The position numbers were made by a program, and so were the translations under genes. Source: Candidatus Woesearchaeota archaeon (GTDB lineage Archaea; Nanobdellota; Nanobdellia; Woesearchaeales; GW2011-AR9). From it: 64,000 nt of DNA. This document shows positions 1 to 9,369 of this stretch, in pieces. Where the stretch lies: assembly GCA_018302605.1 (NCBI GenBank), contig JAGVZN010000019.1:29803-93802 (forward strand). Direction: 5' to 3'. Every line of letters starts with the position of its first letter. The stretch's first letter is position 1. A model generated the notes under the pieces. That model was not told the origin of the DNA and did not search any database. It was given only the letters and a program-made list of their open reading frames with translations.

Positions 1-1369
1 ATTTCTTGTTCGAAAAATAAGAAAGGAATACTGCATTCTCGACCAGACGGATCTTGCGTTTGGAAAGCCAGCAAGGATACTTATGATACCAGGTATTATA
101 ATTAAAATCAGCCCACCCTTTAAGAGATAATGGAGGATGGAACCCTTCAGTTATCGCTAGCGAGAACATTTCCGTCCCAGGGAAAGGCGTATAGAAGAAA
201 ATCGGACATGTTGCATATTCATTTTCCTCATGAAGAGTCCTGCGGAAGCGCAGTGTGTCTAGGAATTCTTCTTCAGTTTCCGTCGGAAATCCTCCCATAA
301 ACGTATACTTGAGGATGATCGGGTACTTGTTAAGACGTTGATTTGCTTTCCGGATAATCTCTGGAGTAGTATCTTTCTTGATGACTTTAAGCATTCGCGG
401 ATTCCCCGACTCTACTCCAATGTCTAAGTTTCTGCAACCACTCTTCATCAATTTCTCAATACTGCTCTCCGGCAAGCGGAGGATATGGTCTGCTCGGATC
501 CCCGCCGTACCCCAATTCCAATCACGGCCTTGCTCATTTGCCTGTGCCAGTGCATCGATGAAGTCGATGAGTCGCTGATTGCTTCCCGAAATCAGATCAT
601 CATTAAAATAAAAATCTTTGATCTGGTAAGTATCATCAAGGTACATCAAATCTCTCATCAATCGTTCTACCGAATATCCTCGCCAAGAATTCGAGATCGG
701 TTGCCCCTCTTCATCCGTCCCCTTCGAAAGAGTAACAATGGAACAGAATGTACATCGAAATTGGCAGCCTCTACTCGTAATCAACGCCATTGATGATCTA
801 TCCGGACGAAATCCAACGGCAGCATAATCTTTCAAGTCGATGAGATGGTAAGGAATGGGAGGTAATGTGTCTAAATTCTTAATTGGCGGGCGGGGAAGTG
901 TATGTTTCGCCACTCCGTCAGGCAAACGGTAGACAATCCCTTTAATTTCATTAAGCCCAATCTTTTTCTCATGATACTTCATCAAATCGAATAAAAGATA
1001 ATCACCTTCACCTGAGCAGACAACATCGATATGCTTATCCTGTAAACACATCTCTGGCTCGATCTGTGCCCAGCTCCCACCAAGAACAACAAGAACATCT
1101 TTGCTCACTGATTTAATAAACGCAGAAGCTTCCATCATATTCAAGATTTGTTCACCAACCATTGTCGTGAGACAAACGATCTTGGCGCCGAGAGCAATAT
1201 GCTTCTTAACTTCCTCTTTCCAATCAAATCGTATTCTTTGATCGATCAGAACAACATCATAACCTTCACTAACCGGAGCGGCTGCGATGCTAAGCATCCC
1301 GGTAGGAGTCCTTACTCCCATGACATCCCAAACCCCGCACTTTGGTTGAAGAAGGATAATATCCACCAT
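1..1369 (-). CDS. B12-binding domain radical SAM protein, partial (3' end beyond left window edge)
   Basis: Reverse-strand ORF from ATG (revcomp of cat at 1367-1369) translating MVDIILLQPKCGVWDV... to the window edge with no stop. N-terminal Rossmann-like B12-binding region, then CX3CX2C motif SRGCQFRCTFCS. Not in ORF track because no stop lies in the window. Confidence 0.8.
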   Translation of the reverse strand, partial: MVDIILLQPKCGVWDVMGVRTPTGMLSIAAAPVSEGYDVVLIDQRIRFDWKEEVKKHIALGAKIVCLTTMVGEQILNMMEASAFIKSVSKDVLVVLGGSWAQIEPEMCLQDKHIDVVCSGEGDYLLFDLMKYHEKKIGLNEIKGIVYRLPDGVAKHTLPRPPIKNLDTLPPIPYHLIDLKDYAAVGFRPDRSSMALITSRGCQFRCTFCSIVTLSKGTDEEGQPISNSWRGYSVERLMRDLMYLDDTYQIKDFYFNDDLISGSNQRLIDFIDALAQANEQGRDWNWGTAGIRADHILRLPESSIEKLMKSGCRNLDIGVESGNPRMLKVIKKDTTPEIIRKANQRLNKYPIILKYTFMGGFPTETEEEFLDTLRFRRTLHEENEYATCPIFFYTPFPGTEMFSLAITEGFHPPLSLKGWADFNYNTWYHKYPCWLSKRKIRLVENAVFLSYFSNKK

Positions 1370-1436
1370 AAACGTAAATAATTACAAAAGATATATAAAT
1401 ATATTGTTAAACTCGTAGAGAGCAAGGTAAGAAAAC

Positions 1437-1790
1437 ATGAAAGGACGCTGGTTTAACATTGCTGAAGACGTTAAAGAAGAACTTGATGCCACGGGTTTCC
1501 AACAGAAATGGAAGCTAGACCAAAAAGGATATTTCCTTATTCGCATTAACAAAGAAAACAATTCTTTAGAGGTCGGACATTGCACTCCGGAGAACAAATT
1601 AGTCAGAGTGATCACTGGTCCAGATCCAGAAAGTATAATGTATAAAATGATTGACAATGGTTATGTATCCCTTCTAGATCATGCAGCATATCTCGGGAAA
1701 GAATTACAGAAAGCATATCTCGCGTTAAAGTATCCTTTCTTTGAATATGTCCAGGATTCACCCCTAAAATATAACAAAAAGCATGAGTAA
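1437..1790 (+). CDS. hypothetical protein (117 aa)
   Basis: ORF preceded by an AT-rich TATA-like stretch (atatataaatatatt) in the 1370-1436 gap; no recognisable motif. Confidence 0.45.
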   Translation: MKGRWFNIAEDVKEELDATGFQQKWKLDQKGYFLIRINKENNSLEVGHCTPENKLVRVITGPDPESIMYKMIDNGYVSLLDHAAYLGKELQKAYLALKYPFFEYVQDSPLKYNKKHE

Positions 1791-2556
1791 TAAAGAGAAC
1801 AACATCCCTTTTTCGTCTTTCATAATCTATATAAAAGAGCAAGGGCCTAGTTTAAAGATGGTCGTTATCACTGCCTCTTTGATGTGTGCGAGCCAGCTTC
1901 ATCTCTATCGTGACGTTCATTCTTTGTTAAAATCGGGAATCGATATGTTCCATTTTGATATCATGGATGGCGATTTCGTCGAAAACATCGCTTTGAATAT
2001 CGACCTCATCAAAGAATTAAGGACCGTAACACACAAGAAATTTGATGCCCATCTGATGGTACGCAAGCCATCAAAGTATATCCTTAAGTTAAAAGAAGCT
2101 GGGGTAAATATAATTTATTTTCACATCGAATCTTCTGAAGATCCGCATTACATTATCGATTTTATCAAGCGCGAGGGTTTAGAGGTAGGATTAGTGATCA
2201 ACCCGGACACACCTTTAGAGAAAGTCTTGCCCTATATCGAAAGAGTAGATTATTTTATGTTCATGACCGTCCGCCCCGGATTTGCCGGCCAGAAATTCGA
2301 ACAATCAGTCTTGCACAAGATTGAGCAATTCCAACAGCTCACCGCGGGAAAAGAACACATTCCCAAATTAGCTGCCGATGGAGCGATCAATGCAAAAACC
2401 CTACGGCTGCTCAGCGAACGCGGAGTAGAAGTCTTTGTGGGTGGGAGCGCCGGCCTGTTCAACAAAGAAGGCTTCAATAACAATCTCGATATCTTAAAAC
2501 AGAGAGATGAACTTCTCCCGTTAAAAAACAAGATCGAAGAGGAAATCAAAAGATAA
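1783..2556 (+). CDS. ribulose-phosphate 3-epimerase family protein (Rpe-like TIM barrel)
   Basis: Motif FHFDIMDGDFVENIAL matches the Rpe signature H-x-D-x-MDG-x-FVPN; length 257 aa. Confidence 0.6.
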   Translation: MSNKENNIPFSSFIIYIKEQGPSLKMVVITASLMCASQLHLYRDVHSLLKSGIDMFHFDIMDGDFVENIALNIDLIKELRTVTHKKFDAHLMVRKPSKYILKLKEAGVNIIYFHIESSEDPHYIIDFIKREGLEVGLVINPDTPLEKVLPYIERVDYFMFMTVRPGFAGQKFEQSVLHKIEQFQQLTAGKEHIPKLAADGAINAKTLRLLSERGVEVFVGGSAGLFNKEGFNNNLDILKQRDELLPLKNKIEEEIKR

Positions 2557-2557
2557 A

Positions 2558-3172
2558 ATGCTCATCATCAAACATCGCGTGAATACGATTGAAGATCTGA
2601 AAAGTACGCTGGTAGAGTACGGCGTAGAAATTGATATCAGGCCGGAAGGAAATAAGCTGATTCTTCATCACGACCCATTTACCCCAGGAGAAGATTTTGA
2701 AGAATGGTTGAAACACTATAAACACGCTTTCCTTATCCTCAATATCAAAAGCGAAGGTATTGAAAAGCGGGTTATCGAATTGATGGAGAAATATCAGATA
2801 CAAGCTTATTTCCTCTTGGATGTCGCGCCGCCCTTCCTCACAAAACTCGCCAAACAGAACATCGCAGGATTATCTACCCGCTTATCTCCTTTCGAATCAG
2901 TCAAGACGTGCCTAGAATATGCCCGTGCGTTCCCCGGCCAGTTCACGTGGGTATTTGTTGATGTAATGACCAAGACCGAGGGAAAAACAAAACTGCCACT
3001 AAACGGCAAAATGTCCCAACAACTCAAAGAAGCGGGATATAAAATATGCCTGGTCTCACCTGAATTATTAAACCGAGAAAATCAGATCGCAGCGTACAAG
3101 AAAAAACTAGGAGCAAAAGGAATAACTATCGATGCTGTCCTCACCAAAAAGCCGGAGTTGTGGTCAACATGA
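2558..3172 (+). CDS. glycerophosphodiester phosphodiesterase-like (GDPD/PI-PLC-like TIM barrel) protein, short
   Basis: N-terminus IIKHRVNTIEDL...GVEIDIRPEGNKLILHHDPF resembles the GDPD HR(G)..ENT..E-D..HD pattern; 204 aa is shorter than a typical GDPD. Confidence 0.45.
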   Translation: MLIIKHRVNTIEDLKSTLVEYGVEIDIRPEGNKLILHHDPFTPGEDFEEWLKHYKHAFLILNIKSEGIEKRVIELMEKYQIQAYFLLDVAPPFLTKLAKQNIAGLSTRLSPFESVKTCLEYARAFPGQFTWVFVDVMTKTEGKTKLPLNGKMSQQLKEAGYKICLVSPELLNRENQIAAYKKKLGAKGITIDAVLTKKPELWST

Positions 3173-4767
3173 AAATCATCATACCCATGGCGGGAAAAGG
3201 CAAGCGCTATAACGATGCTGCGTTCCACGGTCCGAAGCCCCTCGTCGAGATTGATGGCCGGCCGATGATTGAACATGTCGTCAACCTTTTCTCCCCAGAT
3301 GATGAATTTATCTTTATCTGTAATGAAGAACATCTCCAGAAAACACCGATGCGGCAGGTCCTCTCCAACATCGCTCAAAAACATAAGATAATTTCCGTAA
3401 CAAATGAACAGATTGTTGGCGGACCGATCTATACCTGCAAGACGGTATTTAATCTTATCAAAGACGATGAAGAAGTGATTGTTAATTATTGCGATTTTAC
3501 GATGAAATGGAATTATCTTCACTTTCTCCAGACCATACGTGCTTCCTCTTGCGCAGGAGCGATCCCCTCGTTCCGTGGCTTTCATCCTGCATCGTTAGGC
3601 GATACGTACTACGCCTATCTGAAAATTAACAAAGACAACCAAGTCACCGAACTCCGTGAGAAAGAACCATTCTCCAACAACCGCCTGGAAGATCATGCTT
3701 CCACAGGTACATATTATTTCAAGACCGGAGCAATGTTCAAAAAGTATGCTGAAAAAGTGATGGGGCTGGGAATGAATGCCAAAGGAGAAGCATACATCAC
3801 GCTGCCGTACACCCTTATGATCAGCGACGGCTTACCCGTCTTGTGCTACGAAGTAGAGAAATTTATCTGCTGGGGAACACCGCGAGATTATGAAACCTAC
3901 AAATTCTGGTCAGAATTCTTCTTCAAACGTGCTGGTCAGATCGTCGGCTTCAACAACGTCAACATCAAAACAACCAACATCTTTCCCCTTGCCAGCGATA
4001 AGCGCGACTTCAAAGATTTAGGATTTGATACACCCAACTTTCTTATCCCCCTGCTCAATCGTCCGCTCATCAATTCAACAGTAACCTCATACCCCAAAGG
4101 AGTTAGAAATATCTTCATCTGCCTGCAAGAGCACGAGCAGAAATACAATATCAAAAACCTCTTGCAAAAAGTCTTTCATCAACCGGAGATCATCCTCCTC
4201 GAACAGAAGACAGCCGGAAATTCAGCGACAATCTTAAAATCAGAAGAACATATTGATCAGAACACTCCTGTCTGTGTTTCAGGGAACACCTATCTCTTAG
4301 ATTATGATGAACGCCGTCTTTCACACCTCCTCGAAAAACAAGACATCGACGTAGTACTATTATCGTTTACTCACCACGAATGTATCTTGCGCGATCCCAC
4401 TAACCATTCCTATCTCAAAATAAAAGATGGTCGAGTCGAGCAAATTTGTGAAAAGACAACCATCTCAGAGCATCCTGACCGCGACGAGGCGTTTACCGGA
4501 ACAGCAATCTACCGTCGTTCCTCCGACCTCTTCCGCTCCATTAAACAAAACATGAATCTTGCCCATGAAGACGGGTACACCAAGTTCACAGCAAACTCGT
4601 TCCTTACCGCAATTAACGAGCTGATCAAAGAAGGAAAGAAAGTTGTCACTTTTGAAGTAGACAAATTCATCTCTTTATTTAGCTCGACTGATTATCAAGA
4701 ACTTGTTTATTGGCAGGAATATTTTGATTCGTTGCTTTACCATCCATATAGCAAGATGGTGCATTGA
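3160..4767 (+). CDS. two-module sugar/alcohol-phosphate nucleotidyltransferase (NTP_transferase family)
   Basis: N-terminus MKIIIPMAGKGKRY (G-rich nucleotidyltransferase loop). An internal second module ends FICWGTPRDYETYKFWSEFF, paralogous to the C-terminus of the 8525-9367 protein (FICWGTPAELEEYEFWERFF). Confidence 0.65.
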   Translation: MVNMKIIIPMAGKGKRYNDAAFHGPKPLVEIDGRPMIEHVVNLFSPDDEFIFICNEEHLQKTPMRQVLSNIAQKHKIISVTNEQIVGGPIYTCKTVFNLIKDDEEVIVNYCDFTMKWNYLHFLQTIRASSCAGAIPSFRGFHPASLGDTYYAYLKINKDNQVTELREKEPFSNNRLEDHASTGTYYFKTGAMFKKYAEKVMGLGMNAKGEAYITLPYTLMISDGLPVLCYEVEKFICWGTPRDYETYKFWSEFFFKRAGQIVGFNNVNIKTTNIFPLASDKRDFKDLGFDTPNFLIPLLNRPLINSTVTSYPKGVRNIFICLQEHEQKYNIKNLLQKVFHQPEIILLEQKTAGNSATILKSEEHIDQNTPVCVSGNTYLLDYDERRLSHLLEKQDIDVVLLSFTHHECILRDPTNHSYLKIKDGRVEQICEKTTISEHPDRDEAFTGTAIYRRSSDLFRSIKQNMNLAHEDGYTKFTANSFLTAINELIKEGKKVVTFEVDKFISLFSSTDYQELVYWQEYFDSLLYHPYSKMVH

Positions 4768-4801
4768 AAAAGAAGTATAGAGAAACATTGTGAAAAATAA
4801 G

Positions 4802-5068
4802 TCACTCTTTTGGATAGAGTTGTTCCCCTGTTTCCAGATCAATGATCTTAATAACGGCAACGGGACAGCCCTCTGCGGCCTCTAAATTATGGGACAAATC
4901 TTTTTCATCGAAAATGAGTTCTTCTTTATCTTTATCTTTTGTAGCTTTCTGGTTATTTATAGTTGCAACTGCACCATCCATTCGCCAAAATTCAGGAGCG
5001 ATATCCACACAGATTAGACCACCAATACAGTTCTTCTTATCATAAACTATTTTATACTTCTTTCCCAT
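4802..5068 (-). CDS. small ferredoxin-like protein (Cx5C...CP family), paralog 1 of 3
   Basis: MGKKYKIVYDKKNCIGGLICVDIAPEFW...EGCPVAVIKIIDLETGE. Start trimmed to the internal ATG (5066-5068) by alignment with the two 88-aa paralogs; the ORF track extends to 5143 across a C12 tract. Confidence 0.55.
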   Translation of the reverse strand: MGKKYKIVYDKKNCIGGLICVDIAPEFWRMDGAVATINNQKATKDKDKEELIFDEKDLSHNLEAAEGCPVAVIKIIDLETGEQLYPKE

Positions 5069-5182
5069 TTTTCTTTCAGATGCAGTTCTGTTCTTAAATT
5101 TTTTGAAACTAGATGATAGTCCCCCCCCCCCCAGTGAACCCAAAACATATTTATACGCTCAGACTTCATTTACTGCCTGAAA

Positions 5183-6628
5183 ATGAAAATCGCATTGATC
5201 TGGCCAAATGGCTTTGATGCTAGTTACGTTATGCCGCTCGCTTTGGGATACTTAAAGAGCAATCTTGATAGTAAGAAGCACGACGTAAAACTACTGGACT
5301 GTGCTTTTAAAAATATTACAGCATCGTCTAATGAATTCACAGAATTCCTAGAGAAGTTCAAACCAGAGGTTATTGGTACGTCGTGCTGGTCGCCAACTTA
5401 CGAGGAAACTCTCCAAATCCTTAAAATAGCGAAATCAATCGATCCCAACATTACGACCGTTCTTGGTGGAGCCCATGCTTCTTCTTACCCGGATTCTGCG
5501 ATAAATCACAACTTTGTTGATTTCCTGTTTAGAGGTGAAGCGGAGTTGTCATTCCCCATATTCTTAGAGGAGTTAGAGAAAGATAATCCAAACTGGTCAA
5601 AAGTAAAAGGTTTAGTTTACAAGTTGAATGATGGGAGTCTTATGAAGAATGAAATGGAGCGGGAGAGAAATGTCGATGTTATCAAGATACCCGATTATGA
5701 ATGGATGGAACTCGATCGTTATATTAAAGGAGGGTATCGGTTTAACACAACACATAAGTACAATGCGCCAGTGTGGGTAACTCGAGGCTGTCCTTATAGA
5801 TGTGGCTTCTGTTCTGCTCCTCTCCAAAATGGAAAGATAATACGGATGCACTCAGTAGAATATATGGTCAAATGGGTGAAATATTTGTATTCTGAAAAAG
5901 GGATTAGGCAAATCAACATCATCGACGATAATTTTACATTTCATAAAGAATACGCTAAAGAATTTTGCCGGGCGATGATTAAACTAAATTTAAAAGGTCT
6001 TACGTTTGGAACGCCCAATGCGATTAGGGCGCAAAGAACAGATTTAGAATTAATTCAGTTGATGAAAGACGCGGGCTGGGAACATCTTTTGGTAGCACCT
6101 GAAAGTGGTTCCAGGAGAGTGTTAGACCTGATGCATAAAGACTTAGATCCACAAGCAATACTAGAAAAAGTTAAGATCATTCAACAAGTAGGTCTGAAAA
6201 TCCATGGCGCATTTATTATTGGTTATCCTGGAGAGACAATAGAAGATATTAAAGAGACTGTAAAATTAATTCGAGAGTGTAAATTTAATTTCTTTTTCTT
6301 AAATAATTTTCAGCCACTGCCCGGTACGCCAATATATGACGAGCTTGTAGCTAAAGGAGAAATTGCGGACGGACTATTACCTAAAAATTATAGCAATGGG
6401 GAAAGGGCTTATACTCCTAAAGAATTAAAAAATTTCAACTTCAGTAAATTCGTACTCAAAGAGTACTTTATGTTAGCTTTGAGGGAGCCCTTGAATATCC
6501 CTTACATGCTTACGTTAATCGGTCCGGGAATGGTCGTTAAGAAATTATTTCATAACCTGAAAAATATAGTCAAACCGAACAGCAGAAAAGAGTCGATCAT
6601 TCCGAAAGTAATGATTAGCACGAAATAG
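5183..6628 (+). CDS. B12-binding domain radical SAM protein
   Basis: N-terminal B12-binding domain (…TTVLGGAHASSYPDS…) then radical SAM CX3CX2C motif VTRGCPYRCGFCSAP; 481 aa. Confidence 0.85.
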   Translation: MKIALIWPNGFDASYVMPLALGYLKSNLDSKKHDVKLLDCAFKNITASSNEFTEFLEKFKPEVIGTSCWSPTYEETLQILKIAKSIDPNITTVLGGAHASSYPDSAINHNFVDFLFRGEAELSFPIFLEELEKDNPNWSKVKGLVYKLNDGSLMKNEMERERNVDVIKIPDYEWMELDRYIKGGYRFNTTHKYNAPVWVTRGCPYRCGFCSAPLQNGKIIRMHSVEYMVKWVKYLYSEKGIRQINIIDDNFTFHKEYAKEFCRAMIKLNLKGLTFGTPNAIRAQRTDLELIQLMKDAGWEHLLVAPESGSRRVLDLMHKDLDPQAILEKVKIIQQVGLKIHGAFIIGYPGETIEDIKETVKLIRECKFNFFFLNNFQPLPGTPIYDELVAKGEIADGLLPKNYSNGERAYTPKELKNFNFSKFVLKEYFMLALREPLNIPYMLTLIGPGMVVKKLFHNLKNIVKPNSRKESIIPKVMISTK

Positions 6629-6656
6629 AATAGCAAAGCTAGTGTTATTATCCCTA

Positions 6657-6699
6657 AAAAATCGGTTTAAAAATTTCAATAGATTTATAAACCGATTTT
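6657..6699 (+). terminator. hairpin after radical SAM gene (possible intrinsic terminator)
   Basis: 12-bp perfect inverted repeat aaaatcggttta (6657-6668) / taaaccgatttt (6688-6699) with a 19-nt loop, 29 nt downstream of the stop at 6626-6628; the 3' arm ends in TTTT. Confidence 0.4.
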
Positions 6700-6715
6700 C
6701 AAAATAAGAAAGATT

Positions 6716-7690
6716 ATGATGAATCCGAAAAGACTGGAAGATTATTTGACGACTTTGGATATCAATGACAAAGCAGTTGTACTCGCTACAGCTTCATTCT
6801 TGGGAGGGCAGGCAATTCTCCGAAACCAACACCGTGCCGGAGAGAGACAAGCTATTAAATCTGATGGGTCTACAGTGGGCATACTTGACGAGACGAGTGG
6901 GAAGACGATGGTTAGGTATGTTAATAATAACCTAAAAGCAGCTGCTATTAAATTTAGATCGGAAGAGAAAATGCCTTTTGAAGAACCGAGTTCTTGGCAA
7001 TATGCTGGGCTGTTTGATGATTTAGACGGCAGCATAAATCCAATGGTAGGAGGAGTAAACCTCAATTTTGTTGGTGTTAGTGGAGTCATCCATACTCGTC
7101 AGGATGATCAACAAATAATGGCTGCAGGGTATTTGCCCTTTGCAAACCCAAGAATAGTGGTCGTTGCAGAGAAGACTAGAGGAACGTATGCAGTAACCTT
7201 ACCCCAAACAAGTAAAGACCAGTATTCCCACAAAAAAGTTGTACTTCCTCCAAATCCAGCTCAAAGAAATATCCTTCTCGAATCGGGGTGGATGACACCA
7301 GACTCTCTAGATGCAGAATTATCTCTCATTCAAGCAGGTTTTTACAATGAAATTGGTGTGACCACAAAAGACCGAGTTTGTGGAGGAGTATTTCAGACGA
7401 TCAGCGGCCTCTTGGATAACCGCCAAGTCGTTCTAAACTACGCAGCATCACATCCCGCTGACTACCTCTGGCTAATGTTAGAAGAAGCCGGTGCTGATGT
7501 CATTAGTCAACAAGGTACATCGATGCATTCTCTCAGTCACGCCATGCTTTCTATTGCTCCTTCCTTTACCGGGGATAGAGAAAGACTTAAAGAAACTTTT
7601 GTTCAAGCCATGAGATCAGAGACCGTGAAGACCAATTATGGAGGACACGACCGCCAAAAAGTGATTCTCGAAAAGTTAGGAAAAGATTGA
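6716..7690 (+). CDS. inositol monophosphatase / CysQ-family phosphatase-like protein
   Basis: Motif LFDDLDGSINPMVGG resembles the IMPase metal-binding D-P-[IL]-D-G-[ST] region; 324 aa. Confidence 0.5.
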   Translation: MMNPKRLEDYLTTLDINDKAVVLATASFLGGQAILRNQHRAGERQAIKSDGSTVGILDETSGKTMVRYVNNNLKAAAIKFRSEEKMPFEEPSSWQYAGLFDDLDGSINPMVGGVNLNFVGVSGVIHTRQDDQQIMAAGYLPFANPRIVVVAEKTRGTYAVTLPQTSKDQYSHKKVVLPPNPAQRNILLESGWMTPDSLDAELSLIQAGFYNEIGVTTKDRVCGGVFQTISGLLDNRQVVLNYAASHPADYLWLMLEEAGADVISQQGTSMHSLSHAMLSIAPSFTGDRERLKETFVQAMRSETVKTNYGGHDRQKVILEKLGKD

Positions 7691-7724
7691 TCTCTTTCTC
7701 TAAGATCAGTCCCATCTCAAAACT

Positions 7725-8441
7725 TCAAGCTAACGGAAACCGTTCATACGTTTCTAAGAAAAAGCCAGTCTTATCCACAGAAAAATAACCAACATCGATT
7801 GCCTCGGGTAGGCTTGTTCCTAATACGTGGGCATGTTCCATCTCTTTAAAGAAAGCAGCGAGATCAGAAGGAGAATGCTTCTCTAAAAAGCGTGCGATCG
7901 TAATATGAGAACCCCACGCAGACTTAACAGCTAAAGGAAAATCAGGGAGGCTCTTACACTGCTCCGTTACTGCAGTAACTGCGTCTACGAAATGAGCATC
8001 AGGAAAACCCGCCGCGATGACACTATCTCGATTATATAACATCTCAGAGTAGTTAATCGTCGGTCGCACTAATCTATCTTTCACGTCATGGACACGTCTT
8101 GCTAAGTTCTCAAGAAGAACACGATCTGGCTGCAGATCTGGCACTAAGTCCGTTGTCAACAGCGTCGTGTGAGTATTTTTATCATCATAGCGAATAATCG
8201 GAAGCAAACCAGCAAGTCCCAGCGAAAGATCTGTTACACCCTCGACAATCTCCCGCGGATGACGTAACACCACCGCATAAGAGCCATACGAACGTTCTTC
8301 ACCAAGATAAGCCGGAGGTTGCGTCCCCTGCTCTCTAAAGGAGGTTGTATCTCGAAAGCGAACATACACTTCTTCTTGCTTTCTAAGGAAATCAGTAAAA
8401 TTAGTCATCATCTTTACGGCAAGAGGCTCTCTTTTAAACAT
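7725..8441 (-). CDS. 2H phosphoesterase superfamily (LigT / cyclic phosphodiesterase-like) protein
   Basis: Two H-x-[TS]-x motifs at the expected spacing: NTHTTLL and GSHITIARF. Confidence 0.4.
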   Translation of the reverse strand: MFKREPLAVKMMTNFTDFLRKQEEVYVRFRDTTSFREQGTQPPAYLGEERSYGSYAVVLRHPREIVEGVTDLSLGLAGLLPIIRYDDKNTHTTLLTTDLVPDLQPDRVLLENLARRVHDVKDRLVRPTINYSEMLYNRDSVIAAGFPDAHFVDAVTAVTEQCKSLPDFPLAVKSAWGSHITIARFLEKHSPSDLAAFFKEMEHAHVLGTSLPEAIDVGYFSVDKTGFFLETYERFPLA

Positions 8442-8524
8442 TATGAAACATTCTTCACAAAATCATCTTGTCTAACACCTTATTTCCACAATCTTTTTAA
8501 TGACAACCTCATAAATCAAAGAAA

Positions 8525-9367
8525 ATGGCCAATATCATCCCCATGGCTGGACTTGGATCACGTTTTTCTCAAGAAGGCTATGCTTTGCCTAAGCCGCTCA
8601 TTCCTGTTTCCAGCAAGCCGATGATTCTTCAAGCGATCAAGCATATGCCTCCTAGCGACAAATGGATTTTCATCGTTCGACAAGAACACATCAAAGAACA
8701 TCACATCGATGAGATCATCAAAAGAGAAATTCCCAGCGCAATCATCATCGCCATTAGCACGACAACACCCGGTCAGGCAAATACCTGCCTCCTCGCCCAA
8801 GCCTACCTCGACCCCAACGAACCGCTGTTTATCGCTGCTTGCGACAACGGCTATGTTTACGACAAGAAGAACTACCAAGATCTGATCGCCGATCCCACCA
8901 TCGATTGTATTGTCTGGACATTTACTCATATGGAAAAAATGCGCACATCACCTCATTCCTACGGCTGGGCGAAAGTGGCAGAAGACGGGAAGACAATTAT
9001 CGACATGTCCGTCAAAGTTCCTGTTTCCAACGACCCTTACAATGACCATGCCGTCGTCGCTACGTTTTATTTTAAGAGAGCGCAGGATTTTATTGACGCT
9101 GTTCAATTGATGATCAAAGAAGGACACCGTATCAAAAATGAATTCTATGTCGATGCAGTCCCCATCTTTTTACACAAACTAAGCCGAAGATCAGTCATCT
9201 TCGACATCGATCAATTCATCTGCTGGGGAACACCAGCAGAATTAGAAGAATATGAATTTTGGGAACGCTTCTTCAAAGAAAAAAGACAAGTTGACCAACC
9301 GCCACAAGACCAAGAGAAATACCTATTTTGGCGAAAATATTTCACGGCTGTCACCGATGATCTGTAA
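8525..9367 (+). CDS. sugar/alcohol-phosphate nucleotidyltransferase
   Basis: N-terminus MANIIPMAGLGSRFSQEGYALPKPL; C-terminus paralogous to the second module of the 3160-4767 protein. Confidence 0.65.
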   Translation: MANIIPMAGLGSRFSQEGYALPKPLIPVSSKPMILQAIKHMPPSDKWIFIVRQEHIKEHHIDEIIKREIPSAIIIAISTTTPGQANTCLLAQAYLDPNEPLFIAACDNGYVYDKKNYQDLIADPTIDCIVWTFTHMEKMRTSPHSYGWAKVAEDGKTIIDMSVKVPVSNDPYNDHAVVATFYFKRAQDFIDAVQLMIKEGHRIKNEFYVDAVPIFLHKLSRRSVIFDIDQFICWGTPAELEEYEFWERFFKEKRQVDQPPQDQEKYLFWRKYFTAVTDDL

Positions 9368-9369
9368 AA

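Noticed and set aside
378-1381. Plus-strand ORFs 378-578, 485-793, 1148-1381 from the track
   Set aside because: They lie antisense inside the much longer, motif-supported minus-strand B12-radical-SAM ORF (1-1369) and have no recognisable features; treated as spurious.
5069-5143. Longer N-terminal extension of the ferredoxin-like ORF (track start 5143, MGSLGGGGLSSS...)
   Set aside because: The extension is encoded largely by the C12 homopolymer and is absent from the two 88-aa paralogs, so the internal ATG at 5068 is preferred. The extended form cannot be fully excluded.
8558-9110. Antisense or alternate-frame ORFs 8558-8929(-), 8839-9045(+), 8910-9110(+)
   Set aside because: They overlap the well-supported nucleotidyltransferase gene 8525-9367; low-complexity Arg/Gly-rich translations typical of out-of-frame reading.
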